Shown: in pieces, positions 11,815 to 24,883 of the stretch
Position numbering within the stretch: the stretch's first letter is position 1
Layout: each line of letters starts with the position of its first letter
Assembly (NCBI GenBank): GCA_010405405.1
Contig: MU004244.1
Coordinates: 437,895-501,894 of the forward strand
Reading direction: 5' to 3'
DNA length: 64,000 nucleotides
Origin: Microthyrium microscopicum
Taxonomy: Eukaryota
The notes under the pieces: generated by a model
What the model was told of the DNA's origin: nothing
The model's input: only the letters and a program-made list of their open reading frames with translations
The model's database searches: none
Made by a program: the position numbers and the translations under genes

Positions 11815-14800
11815 CTCCCCTTTAATAGTAGCGCAAATTATAATTTCTTTTTTATATTTAATAATACTAGTATATAATATAAGTTAATATTAGCTAAATA
11901 AGGCGCTACTAGTATATAACAAAAGTTAGTACTAGCTATAAATAAAACGTAGAGGTAAGCTATTAATATTTAGGCGTAGTTTTTAAGATCTATAAGTCTA
12001 AGGTCTCTTATAAAGTTATTATATTTAATTATAACTAGTGGCTTAGTAAGACTATTAGTAGTATTAGCTACTATTAGTACTTAGTTTATAATAATCTTAT
12101 CTTTAGCGACTTAATTATGAACGAAGTAGTATTAAATATTAATATGTTTTAATCTCTTGTAGAATTAAGGGTTCTTAGCTAAAGCTAATGCTCTATAGTT
12201 ATTACTATTAATAGTTATAGCTAATAGGCCCTTATAGCTAAAGGCCTTAAGCAAGCTTCGTAACTAGACGGCCTCTTTTATAGCTTTAGATTTAGTAATA
12301 TATTTAGCCTCGTAACTAGATAAAGCTACTATTGCTTAACGCTTTAAGCTCTAGCTAATAGCTATACCTCTAATTTTAAAGATATACCTACCTATTAATC
12401 TTTGCTTCTCTTTATTACTACCCTAGTTAGAGTTAGTCTAGCTAATAAGGTTTACCTCTTTACTACTATTCTTAATAACTAGTCTATAGTTTATAGTTCT
12501 TAAGAAGTATTTAAGGAGATATTTACTAGTAGCAATATAATGCTTATTAGGATTAGTAGAGAAGTAACTTAGAACTAATATAGTATAGTAAAGATTAGGC
12601 CTAGTATAGAGTATAAGATATATTATAGAGCCTATTAGTAATTAGTACTATTTAAGGTCCTTATTAGAGGCTTTATATCCTTTTAGAGCTAAGACTAGCT
12701 TATAGTTTTTAAGTATAGAAGTTTTAACTTCTTTATTAATACTATTAAAGTAGAAGTCTTTAATAATCTTCTTATAATAAGTACCTTAAGATATTATAAG
12801 CTATATACTATAAGTAAGGTTCTCTTTATAAATTTTGATGCTAAGATAGTAAGAAGCTTCTCTAAGGTTTATTATCTTAAACTTGGCTATAAGCTTTAAC
12901 TTAAGTATTTTAATAGCTTTAATGTATTCTTTAAAGATAAGGAAATTATTAATATAAATAGTAATAATAATGTTTATCTTATAATTAATAAATATATTTT
13001 CGTTATATTAATAGGAGATAAAGCTAAGTATAGCTAGAGCTTTTAATAAAGTAATTTACTAAATCTAGGGTACTTACTTAAGTCTATAAATAGCCTTATG
13101 AAGCTTAGCTACTATGCTAAGTTATTATTTATTAGGAGGAAGCTCTATATAGATATCTAGATAGTTACCTTTAGTATTAATATCTCTATAGAGAAATATA
13201 GTCTTTACGTCTATCTAGTAAATATGCTATCCTTAAAGTATTATTAAAGTAAAGAGTAGTCTCTAGCTTATTAATTTAATAATGAAAGTAAAGGTTTTAA
13301 AGTAATTAACTCTATAAGCTTATTTAAAGCTATAAGCAACCTAGCGTGCTTTTTAACGAATAATTTCCCTATTAGCGTTATACTTATATTTAAGAATATA
13401 ATAACTAGAAATAATATAGGTACTCTCTAGCTAAGGTACAACTTTCTATATACTATTCTTTTTAAGGAATAGGCATTTATTATTAATAACGCTTATCTAC
13501 TTATTAATATCTAGAGATTAGAGTATATAGTTATAGCTTTTTAGCTTAAGATAGTTGTAATCTTTTCTAAGTAAATAGAAGTTAGCTTGCTTAGTAATAA
13601 AGGCATTAGTAATTATTTAATATTTTTTAGCTATAGTAAGTATTATAATTTACTAAGTAATATCCTTAAATATAGTCTTAGACTAAGCTAGTTAAGGTTC
13701 CTAACTAAAGAGGGTAAGATAAGTATCTTCTTTATTATCTTAAATATAATAAATAAGTTCTCTATTATAGGTAACTATATTATTATAAAGAGGAGACTAA
13801 TTTATAATATTATTTTCTTCCTTAAAGTAGTCTATAGCTTTACGTTTTAAAGAATGCTTCTCCTTAAGAAAAGAAGAGAGTAACTTATTATAAAAATAAA
13901 GCTTATATAGGTTAGTAATAAGTATAGTATAGTCTATTTAGAGGATATTAAATATATACTAAGGGAAGTCTAATGTCTTTAGGAAGATATCTTCTTTAAA
14001 GTGTAAGTCTTAAATAATTTCTATAATCTTCTTATAGGTATTTTAGATATAGTATTAATTTAAGGAGATTTAAACTCTAAAACTAGCTCTATTATAGCTA
14101 AGTAGAAAGTATTTCTTAGACCTTAAGTTAGTCTTTATAAGTTATTTATAAGGAACTATCTTTTAGTATTAATAGCTAATAACTTTAAGGTTTCTTATAT
14201 TAGGCTTTTTACTAAAGAATTTAAAGTAAAAGGATTTGCTATTATTTAAACTTATTATAGTAATATTACTAAGGATAGTAGTGATGCTAATTATCTTTAT
14301 AAAGAGTATTAGTAGAAGATTTGTATAGTATAGCAAAGCTCTAGCAATATTACTAAGAGTCTATATACTTCTTTTAGAGACTCTATTTTGCTTAAGATTA
14401 TATAAAGCTATTAGTTTAGGGCAAATTCTATATTTACGCTATATAACGTCTATATTAACGTTATAAAACTCTAAACTATTATTATATTATATAATCTTTA
14501 CTTTAGTATTATATTCTTTCTTAACCTATATCTTCTATTCTTTAATAAAGAAAGGAATATTAGCTTTACTAGTAGTAAATTATACCTAGCGATAGTAAAA
14601 GTAGTTATTAGTAATAATAAGCTAGTAAAGTTTCTAGCCTTTACTACTAGTAGTAAAGTTAGTAAATAGACTACTAAGATCTAAGTAAACTCTTTTAAGT
14701 TTTCTTATAGCTCTATCTTTAGCTAGTAAAGAAATATTATTTCTTTATTAGCTAGCCTTTTAATAAGCCTAATATTCCCTAATATAGGTCTAAGTAAGTT

Positions 14801-17800
14801 TAATTTAACCCTTAAGGGTCTTACAAATATAGTTTTTACTAATATAGCTAAGTCGTTAATACTATAGCTAGGTAGGCACTGCCTATTCCTTAAGTATAAG
14901 AATAGTGTCTAGTAGTAGCTAATAAAGAGTATATAGCTATTAGGTAAGATAGCTAGTAATAGTAATAAGGGAGCTATTATCGTAAAGGATTTAAGCTATA
15001 GAGCCTTTAAACTATATACTAATAAAGGTCTCTAGGCTATTACGTATAAAAAGGAGAGTTCTTAAGGAGATAATATTAAATAAGAGTCTAGGGACGTAAG
15101 TAACGTTATTAAGAATGAATTACTTATTAATATAAACCTTATTTTTATTGTTAACTTAGGTAGAAATATAGGTAGTTCTAATGCCTATAATATTAACGCT
15201 ACTACTAAGTCTAGTTAGTTAACTATTTCTAGGTCCTTTAGAGGTAAAACTATTTTTAAACTATAAAAAATTATTAGTAATATAATAGGATAAGCTAAAG
15301 TTAAGTACCTAGCTTTTTTTTACCTTTATAGCATAGACTATTTAAATATCTTTATTAGTATTTATAGTAGAGAGAGTAATAGAGTTAATATATTTAGTAA
15401 CTTAGTTAATTATAATATAGTATAAATTTATCTTAAAGTTATTACCTTTATTATTAAAGGCTTTATTAGTAATATAGTTAACTTAACCTTATTAATTATT
15501 AAAGTTTTGCTTATTAATTTACTATTAATTGCGTTAAGCTTAATAAGGTAGGCTAAAAGAGTAATGTTACTAAGGACGACCCTATTTTAATTAATTTAAC
15601 TAAGAGTAGCCTTACTAAGGATAATTCTATAAGGATAAGGCTTCTTTAACGTTAAAGTTATTAGGCTTATTTATAAGTTTATAAGTATATTTCTTAATAA
15701 GCTTATTTATTTATTATCTCTTATTAAAGTAAGCTTTCTTAAGCTTAGTATTAGTAAGTTAATTAAAGTAACTATCTAGACTATTAAAGTTACTATAGGA
15801 TAACTACTTAAAATATTTTAAATATAACCTATTTTGTAACTTATTATAAGTAGTAAGGGTAATATTCGTTTCTTACTTTAAGTCTTCCTTAGTAACTACT
15901 ATATTAGTAATCTTATTAAAGTTAATAAGGAGTTTTTTAGCTATAGGATCTTAGTACTTCTTATTTTAATAGAGAGAGGTAACTATATTATTTAAAACTA
16001 TAAAAACGTTCTTTAGGAATAAGACGTTTTAGAAGTAGTTTAGTATCTCCTAACTTTTACTAAGGATATAAAAGTTATTCTTAAGTTTAAGGATACTATT
16101 ATAAAGAATAATTGCTAAACTATTTAGCTATTAGGTATAGTCTTAAAGCTTATTAAAGATTCTTTTAACGTAGGTAAAGCTAGATAGTTAGTAGTATATA
16201 GTAAGGAGTTTAAGGGCTTTTTAAGCGTTATTAAAGTTAATAATCTTTAACTTAACTTTATTATTAATAGCTTCTTAAAGAATTATATAGGCTTAGTAAT
16301 TAAAATAATGCTAGTAGTTCTTATTCCTTTTACTACTATTAAGGAGATAGGCCTCTAAGCTATTAAACTAGCCCTAGAGATTACTTTCCTTTATAATATT
16401 GTAGAAATAAGTTCTTTAAAGCTTCTAGTTTAGTAAGCTAATAAGGCGTTTATACTTTATTAATTAAATTGCCTTTTTAATAGACTTAGGAGTTAGCTTA
16501 GTCTTATTAATAGAGAGAACTTTAGAGGCGTTAGTTCTAGTTAGAGTAAATATACTAGTTAGAGTAGGTATGCTAAGATTAATAGCTATAAAGTAGCTAG
16601 TCTTAGGGCTTATTAAGCTAGTAGCCTTTAAGGTAAAGAGTTTAGTAGTAAGTTCCTTATAGATCTTCTTAGTTTAAGAGGTGAAGGCTTAATTAATAAG
16701 TTACTATATTAGTTCTAGATTTATTATAAACTTAGAATTAGGCTTAGCTTTGTTTGCTTTACTCTTCTATTTATTAGTATTAATTAGCTTAATATTATTT
16801 ATAGGGGCCTTTCTTTTATTATAAGTATTAGGAGCTATTAAGTTAGTAATAAGTTTTTCTAGTTAATTAATCTTGCTAGAGTTAGATATAGAAGATAAGG
16901 TATAGGATAATAATTTATTAACTTATAAATTTAAGAAGTTTAAGGAGTCTAAGGAATCTAAATTTAATAATAAGTCTATTAGATCCTCTATAGGAGTAGT
17001 AGCTTTTATACCCTTTACTAGAGGTGTTTTCCTCCTAAAGAGTTTGTCGTCTAACTTTTATAGAGATTAAGAGTCTTACTTTTTTCTTCTATTGTTTGCT
17101 CTAGGCTATTTATTGTTAGTATTATTATTATTATTAGTAAAGTATTTATCTAGTAGTTTTAATATTAATATATTATTAATAATAGTACTTCTAACTAAGG
17201 TGCTATTTAAGGGTTAATTAGATATAAGCTTAAGTTAGTTATACTTATTTGCGTCTTAAATTATTTCTACCTTAGATTTAGCTTACTCCTTTTCTTTATT
17301 AGTTTAATGGTAAGCCTTAGCTTTATAACGCTCGCTCTTAATATAGAGATTAGTAAAGTAGTTATTAGTAGTATTCTTAACCTTCTATTAAACTACGTTA
17401 TTATGTGTCTTCTTAATAGTGAGCTATGCTTTTATAGCTACTTTTGTAGCTTTCTTAGTAGCCTTTTAAGCCTTTTTAGTATCTTTGGTAAATTTATTAT
17501 TATTAAGGCGTTTTATTATCTTAATAGCTATATCTAGACGAAGGGATCTTACTAAAGAGTAACTTAATAATTAAAAGCAAAGAAAGAATAATAAAGTAAA
17601 GTCTATTTAATTTATAAAAAGTAGTATAGATAGGAATACTATCTACTAGCTCTCTATTTTACTTTGCTAAATAGTTTTTATACTTAAACTTTATAAGATT
17701 TTTTATCTTATCTTTAAGGACAAATTAATTTAGTAGAGTTTTTATCTTATAGGCTAATCTAGTAGAGTTTTTATCTTGCTAGTTAATTTAGTAAAGTTTT

Positions 17801-18259
17801 CCTCTTACTTTAGTTACATAGTAGTATTTAACTTACTAAGTTACTACAATGTAATACTTAGTATTTAGAGTTTTTCTCTTTTAATTAAATTTTTATTTAG
17901 AGTTTTCTTCTTATTAAGAGATAAAGCTTATTACTTAGTAATAATAGTAGTATTCTATACGTAGTTAGTAGGAACTAGCTTATAATAGGACTAAGAACTT
18001 AGTGGTTATATAAGGAGTATCCTATTTATATAGATAAAGAATTTTTTTTAGTATTCTATCTACCTTAGTAAGTAGTAAAACTTCTACTTTAATAGTAGAT
18101 ATTATAGCTAGCTAAGGTAAATTAATGCTTACTATTATAAGAGAAAGGATAGTAATTAAGGCTACTACTAGTTAGTAGTATTATTATAAAGGTATATTTA
18201 AATAATATAGCTTATAAAGAGAGTAGTAGTAGTAAACTACGTACTCTAGGCTTATAACC

Positions 18260-18412
18260 TATTAGAAGATTACTAAAAGGGATAAAGGTTTAGTAGTAGA
18301 ATATAAGATGAAATTTCACTAAGTCCTCAATTTAAAGATCTAGGGGCTGTCTACTACTTATACAATTTGTGCTGAGTTAGCATATCTTGATGTTGAACAA
18401 CATCTTCAAACA
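18260..18412 (-). repeat. copia 5' LTR (153 bp)
   Basis: Direct repeat of 11662-11814; retains terminal ..CAAACA followed by TSD CACAC. Confidence 0.93.
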
Positions 18413-20324
18413 CACACTTGAGCAGTCATTATTCTTAAAGTGGCGGAAACCAGCCGCAAGATACTACTCTGTGATACATTCTGCTCGAATCAACAGGCCC
18501 ACAGCTCCTCCTATTCATGGCATCCCCTGATGACTGCCCCAAGCATCTGCGATCTCACAGACAATCTCTCTTGTCAGCTGCTCCGTCGCTGTCATCTGCA
18601 CTCGCACTCTGGGCGATAGTGGTATTCTTTATAAGTTTGAAAGCGTCAAGTCTAGCCAGCCCGCCGAGCCATTTCTCGATTAGTCTCATTCGTTGATGAT
18701 GGCGATAACATGCTTCTGATGAAGTTGCATATGGCCTGGCGCCAATGTTACGGTCATCCTTGAGAAGATTGATAGTCTTCAAGGTAACCTTCATGCAAAA
18801 TATTACTTAATGTCTCAGTGACTGTGCAGTGTGCTGCTGCTTTCCATAAATTTAAGCCATTGTTGTACTCATGGCACTGCTGTGGCGAGGTACCAAACTG
18901 GTCCTATAGAACGCCAGTGACTTCAATATATCTCCTCTCTAAACCATAACACTGGACTTGAATTGTTAGGAAGGTGAAAGTCCCCCGTCTATTGCCCAGA
19001 TAAACCGAGTAAATAAACGGGAGACTGACAAGCTTCGAAGAAACAGAAGCAATGCTCCGGCTGATCAAGTTATCAAGAGACGCAATGCGCACTTGTCTAC
19101 GTAGACACTCCAGGTGGCCCTGAACTGAAGATGTCTATTGCTCAAGAGAATTGATCAGCCTTGCCACATCCACCTCCCAACTGCCCTCAAGGATGTGATT
19201 CTGTGTATCCGGAACCCCGGCATACCACTGGCCTCCTGACCAACGATATGAAGCGCTGCCTCTCACGCAGGATGTGGCGCCTCGAGGACCACTTTGAGGC
19301 GCGAAGAGAAAGAAGAAGAGATTGGATAGCTGGGGGGAAAACTGTTGAAGACTGTCGTGCCAACCGAATTAACCATTTCCCTCCATCGGTATTCCGGAGA
19401 CTTTGTTCGCCGTTCCTTTCATTGTTGAACAAGCAACAGGCAGCCCGTCAATAGGCGTCAACGCGGCAATTGGCATATCGCGTGTAGTGCGCCGGAGCTG
19501 GGCAAAGCTCAGAAATTCAGACCTCCTTGTTCTTCAGATTATACTTTGTCTCTACTACCTACCCCCGGGCAGCAGCAGTCGCTCAATCCGAATCGCTTCG
19601 CGAACACACAGTAACATGATACCTGGTTGAGCTGGCATCAGACCACGAATGCCTGGCGCGGCTTTCAATTTTTCGAATCACTGGGATATTGTGGACCACC
19701 TTGGCTGCAAGGAGGGCTGGAGTCTTGAACATACGACTCAGTAAACAGAGATATGCCCTCGATATCATGGCTGAGCGCGGGCGGTAGGAATTGTAGTAGG
19801 AAACCGGATGAATGGGCCAGATCTTAAATACCAAATTCCAGACACTGCGTAGCATCGCAGCACTTGACTAGGACGTCTATACCAATGGCTCAATCTTTAG
19901 AATCATGTCATTTTATGCTTTCGTGACGTATTGCTTATGCCTTGATTACTATAGAGTAGTCATCAGTCACTGGAGGCGAACCAGCGATGTACAATGGCAG
20001 CTTCAGTAGCGCCGGTATAGGTATCATCTGTAGCACGATGGAGGTCACTGAAGTTGTAAGAGAGCGAATTAAAATCATTTGGGTATCTTCATTGAGCAAT
20101 AACAATATTTGTACAAGACCCTCAACTGCCATTTCAACAAGACCTTTTTGATAATACAGTAAAACTCACCGTCCTCCTGATCACCTTATTCAAACAAGCC
20201 TCGCCCACTTATTCAACTAGGAAGAGAGTCCAAAGACGCCCAGCCTCTGTAGAATAAGTCCTGCGTCATCGCAGCTTCCGCACTGCAAAGCGCCCAAGAC
20301 ACACCAAACAGAAGGAAGCCACTC

Positions 20325-20575
20325 TGCAATAGACGACGCCTTGAGCTAAGGGAAAGTGCTTCACAGCGCAAACCCTCTGCAACGAGACATCTCCAGACAA
20401 GGCCCAAGAAAACACAGGCAACCGGGCAGGAAGGCAATACATGACACAAACATGTGCAATGGACGATGCCTTGAGCCAGGGAAAGTGCTTCATAGCGCAA
20501 ACCTTCTGGCAACAAGACATCTCCAGACAAGGCCCAAAACAAAAGACAACCCAGCAGAGAGGCAATACATGATAA
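20325..20575. repeat. 130-bp tandem duplication (about 2 copies) just downstream of the 1395-aa gene
   Basis: TGCAAT(A/G)GACGA(C/T)GCCTTGAGC..GGAAAGTGCTTCA..AGACATCTCCAGACAAGGCCCAA..AGGCAATACATGA begins at both 20325 and 20455. Confidence 0.85.
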
Positions 20576-20636
20576 AAACAGCAGCAACAAGCCAATGAAA
20601 ATCCTTTCTCCGACAACAATCCACCCCGATCTCTTT

Positions 20637-23600
20637 TCACAAGTCTAGTTGCGAGAACTCCTTCGTTTTTCGATACCAAGTGTGCTTTTTGATGAGCATC
20701 TTCTTTTTTTCCAAGCAATACAAATCGCGCCGCCGCTGTGCTTCTATCTCCGCCGTCGCAATAGTGTACAAGTCGCCAACTGAGACACCTATGTTGATAG
20801 CGGCCAAGGCTGTTTTGACTTCATCAGTGATGGTAGCACCGTTCTCGACCAGAAGTTTTGCGAATTTGGCTGTGAGCTCTTTCAGTTGTTTGCTTCGGTT
20901 CTGAGCAGCTTTTACTTTGAAATTGGCTTCGTTGAATGGGACAACAATGTCCCCGTGGCGAAAACCTACGCGAGCAAGCGCTATATCCCAGCGAATGGCA
21001 ACTTCAACCTCATCAGCATTTGCGTCGCCAGTTGGGATCAAGTTTGCGACACCCAGTTCTCCATTACCGAACACAGGACTCATGGCGTGCATTTTCTTGT
21101 CGTATATTAGCTTTTGCTTGGCCTTCTCAGCCTTCTCCTGCGCAGCCTTCTCACCCTCGGTTTCTTCTGAGACTCGAAGCTCTTTTACAAAACCAAAGGC
21201 GAAATTTTTGTTCGCAAATGTGTCATGATCCAATGGTTTGCTGAATTGATTGACTGGGCCGGTGAAGACTGAGGCCTCATTTTGAAAGCCGCCAAAGTCA
21301 AAAGCTTTGTTTGAAGATAGACCTTGATTAACCGGCTTGCTGGATAGATTGGCTGGGCCAGCGAAGACTGAAGCCTCCTTTTGAAAGCCGCCAAAGTCGA
21401 AGGTTTTGTTCAAAAATAGACCTTGATTAGCCGGCTCGCTGGATAGATTGACTTGGCCAGTAAACATTGGGCCCTCCTCTTGAAAGCCGCCAAAGCCAAA
21501 AGCTTTGTTCGCAGTGCTGTTGGAATCAACCGGTCCACTGGATTGATTGATTGAACCAGTAAAAGCCGAGCCTTGAAGCTCTTGAGCGCCACCAAATTTG
21601 AAAGCTCCATCTGAGAATAGAGCTGACTTAGCCGGTTTGTTGATTTGATTCATCGGGCTAGAGGCCGAGGCAGGATGATCTGGAAGACTTGACTCCGCTT
21701 GCTCTTGGTGTTGAGGCAATGGAGGCGCCGCTTCGGTTTCAACTTGAGTTTGTGCTTGATTGGCATTCTCCACAGTAACAGCTTCGTTTGAAGTTATAGG
21801 CGCAGTCTCTTGTGTTGCAATAGCTGCCTGGTCCTTCACTGATGTCTTCAAGACATTGTCCAGAGGTTGGAAATGACCATCGCGATCAATGTTCTCATGG
21901 GTTGAGACGTCTTGCTTCTTGTCTTCTTGAATCGGAAGATTCTGAGAATGAGCAGACGTGGGCTCAGAGGAGATAGCTGGCCCTGCCGCTGTTGCAGCTT
22001 GGCTTGCGATGACTCCTTCCACCGCATAATTGCGCATAATTGATCGATTGCCGTTTGATGTGCTTGCTGGGATGGACGAGTTGGAGGCAGCACGGATGTC
22101 AGGAACAGAGCCAGGAGTTTGGGTGGCAGCTAGTGGATGCCACTCAGAGTCTCCTTCCTTCTTAACTTTGAGCAATTCCAGTCGAAATGTGGTGATACCA
22201 GGGTGGTTTTCTAGCTCGAGATACGCCTCTGTACTGGTAACCTGCTTGAATTTACCTTGTGCGCCCTTATAAGGACCTTTGGCAAGCACTCGACACTTCA
22301 GTTTAGTAATGTCACCATGGAGGGCCAACTGCTCAGCAGCGAGTTGACTTGGAGATTTCTTAGGCTCATTTTGCTGTGCGTATCGTTGCTGGGAGAATGC
22401 CCGATGTTGTTGTTCTGCAGTTTGTTGATCTTCCAAGGACTTATTGTGACGAGTAATCTGTTCTTCCTGGGCTGTGGCTACTCCTTTTAAAAGAATCGCT
22501 TTGAGAAGACTCGGTTCTGCAGCCGAGAAGCGTCGATTTGGTAACTGCACTTGAGCTGTTTGACGTGCTCTCAACGGCTCAATGACTGGTGTCTCTGATT
22601 GAACAGCTGGCAAAGGAGAGGCTGCTGGTATAATTGAAGATGCTTCTTCATGATTGAAAGAGCTTGCTGAAGAAATTGGCGGGGCCTGTGAAGAAACCGG
22701 CAAGACGAGTGAAGGGACTGGTGAGCCTGATGCTGGTACAGAGCGCACGGAAGCTTCGTCATTTTTGTTGTTGACTTTCCGAGGGAGCACTGAGCCTTTG
22801 CCAGGTCGCTTACGCTGTGGTGAGACTTGCTGTAGTTTCTGTGAGGTGTCTGTGGTCTTTGGCACAGTAATCAAGGCATCAGTTTCCAGGGGTCGCTTAC
22901 GCTGAACTGGCTCTGAGTCACTAGGGCCAAGAGAAAGAGCGCTAAGCGAGCTTTCAAGAGATTGCAGGCTTTTGTGTAGCATTGTATCTTGATCAGTTGT
23001 TGAGGATTGGGACAAGTCATTGCGAGATGAAGATGACTTTGCAGCCAACTCAGCCTGAGAGTCATTTGTCATGGAGAGTACTTTAGAATCATCAAAAGTA
23101 TGTGAGGCGTCTTTGGGTTGAGAGTGTACTGCGGAGATGAGCGGGCCCGAGGCAGAGATTGATTTCTTCGTCTTTTGCTTAGAGACTGGCATGAAAACAT
23201 TCGAACCCTGCTTGGTTTTGTTTTGACCGCTTCGCTTGCTTTGTGGTGAGGCATGCTGTGCATTCTGTGCGGCGCTTGGAGTCTCTGACACTACTTTTGC
23301 AGCCGACAGAGCTTGGTCAAAGCCAGGCTTTGAGACGGAGGGTGGTGAAGACGAGGCTCCAGAAAGCGATGGTGTAGAGGGAGGCTCAGCTTTCGCGTCT
23401 TGGGAGGATGTGACCGGTGATTCTGAAGGGGAATTTCCGGCTCGAGTGCTAATATCAGATGTAGCCTTGCGTGATTTCTCTGACAGCAGTTTTCGATTGT
23501 CTGCTTCCAATCGAGTGATCGCAACTACCTGTTCGGCATTCTTGCTATTCATTTGATCATTCTTGCTTTTCAGTTCAGTGATCTCAGTTTCCTGATGGGC

Positions 23601-24883
23601 AGTGGTGCTGTTCAGCTGACCATTCTCGCATTTCAGTTCAGTGATCGTAATCTTCTGCTCAGCAATCTTGCTATTCAGTTGGCGATTATCGCTTTTCAGT
23701 TGAGTGATCACAAAATCCTGGTGGGCATCCGTGCTATTCAGCTGAGCATTCTTGCTGGCCAGTTGAGTGATTTCTTCTTCCTGACGGGCATTCGTGCTCT
23801 TCAATTGACGGTTATCGTTGTTCAGTTCAGCATTCGTGCCAGCCAGTTGAGTAATCTCTTCTTCCTGACAAGCATTCTTGCTATCCAGGTCACGATTCTC
23901 GCGTTCCAGCTGAGCATTCGTGCTATTCAGTTGAGAAATCTCTGCTTTTCTCCGGAAGTTCGCCATTTTTTGCATGGAGGTCAGGGCTGCTAGTTTGGCC
24001 CGCTCTGTATTTGATTTCGAAATTCTCTCTTCCAGTCGCTTGACATTCTTGTTCAGTTGCTTGACATCGTTTTCTTGTTCCTGGCGATCTTCTTTCCATT
24101 GCTTGCGTTCATCTTCCCATTGCTTGCGTTCATCTTCCCATTGCTTGCGTTCATTTTCCCATTTCTTGCAATCAACTTCGAGTTGTTTGCACTTCTCTTT
24201 CCAATGATCTTGTACTGGCTTGTGACTTCCCAGCTTGACATTCTCAAGGAAATCGGGCAAGGACTCTTCCTCAATCTCATCGCCACCATTTGAATATGGC
24301 AGGTGGTCTGGACGAAGATTGTTACGATAATGAGCCCCCAACGCCTTCAAACCGTACTTGGCGCAGAAGGAAAAGAAAATTGTGACAGCAAGTACAACCG
24401 CAATAGGCATAGCTTCCGTCTCCAACCACTGAAACAGTGACCATGGCTCTGGGCCAGGCTCTGACTCCAGGTCAGGCTTTGGCTCTGACTCGAGGTCAGG
24501 CTTCGGCTCTGACCAGCCTGGTTGCCATTTGTAGTCAGTCTCACCAGACCGACTGAATGGCACGGCCGTATTAGGCCAAGCCTGTGGAGATGCCAGCTCC
24601 ACCAGGCATATAGTCCAGTTGGAAGGAAGGACTGGGAGCGATGTTTCTGTCGCGTTGTTGGGAGGGAGGGAGGAGTTGGGAGGAATGGTGGGATAGAGAG
24701 GCGGGAATGGTTGGTACTTCTTGCAGTACGAAGTATGTTGCTCCGCAGAGCGCTGACAAATGGGAAAGCTGGCGACCCACAAGGCGGTCACGGCAGCGGC
24801 GGTTTGGACTGTGATATAAGTTAGCAACGCGCACATTGGGGGATATATTCTGACCAAATTAACTTACTGATGAGGTCGTGCAT
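20637..24883 (-). CDS. giant orphan single-pass membrane protein (about 1395 aa): Cys-pair N-terminus, TM, coiled coil, KOW-like motif, FxFG repeats
   Basis: Exon 1 24883-24868 (MHDLI), 59-nt intron 24867-24809 (GTAAGT..GCTAAC..CAG), then a 4.2-kb open frame. TM AMPIAVVLAVTIFFSFCA; heptad repeats; GPYKG KOW-like segment; five FxFG units. Confidence 0.8.

Larger units (their letters stand above)
11662..18412 (-). mobile_element. full-length RIP-mutated Ty1/copia LTR retrotransposon
   Basis: 153-bp LTRs at 11662-11814 and 18260-18412; 5-bp TSD CACAC (11657-11661, 18413-18417); PPT (minus-strand GGGGAG) beside the left LTR; PBS GGTTA(T/A)AGCC beside the right LTR. De-RIPed minus-strand motifs: integrase VHSDL (about 14680), RT YVDD read as YINN (about 12955), RNase H DSDWG..SWSSKRQ..VALSSCEAEY (about 12290-12450), in copia order. 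Confidence 0.95.

Noticed and set aside
17307..17537. 76-aa hydrophobic ORF inside the copia
   Set aside because: Antisense by-product of RIPed gag-region sequence.
18420..20200. Several 60-97-aa ORFs and a 14-bp palindrome TGTCTACGTAGACA (19094-19107)
   Set aside because: No coherent gene model; one such palindrome is expected by chance in 64 kb.
24809..24857. ORF-track N-terminus MVRIYPPMCALLTY for the 1406-aa ORF
   Set aside because: Lies within a canonical 59-nt intron; the start is more likely ATG 24883.
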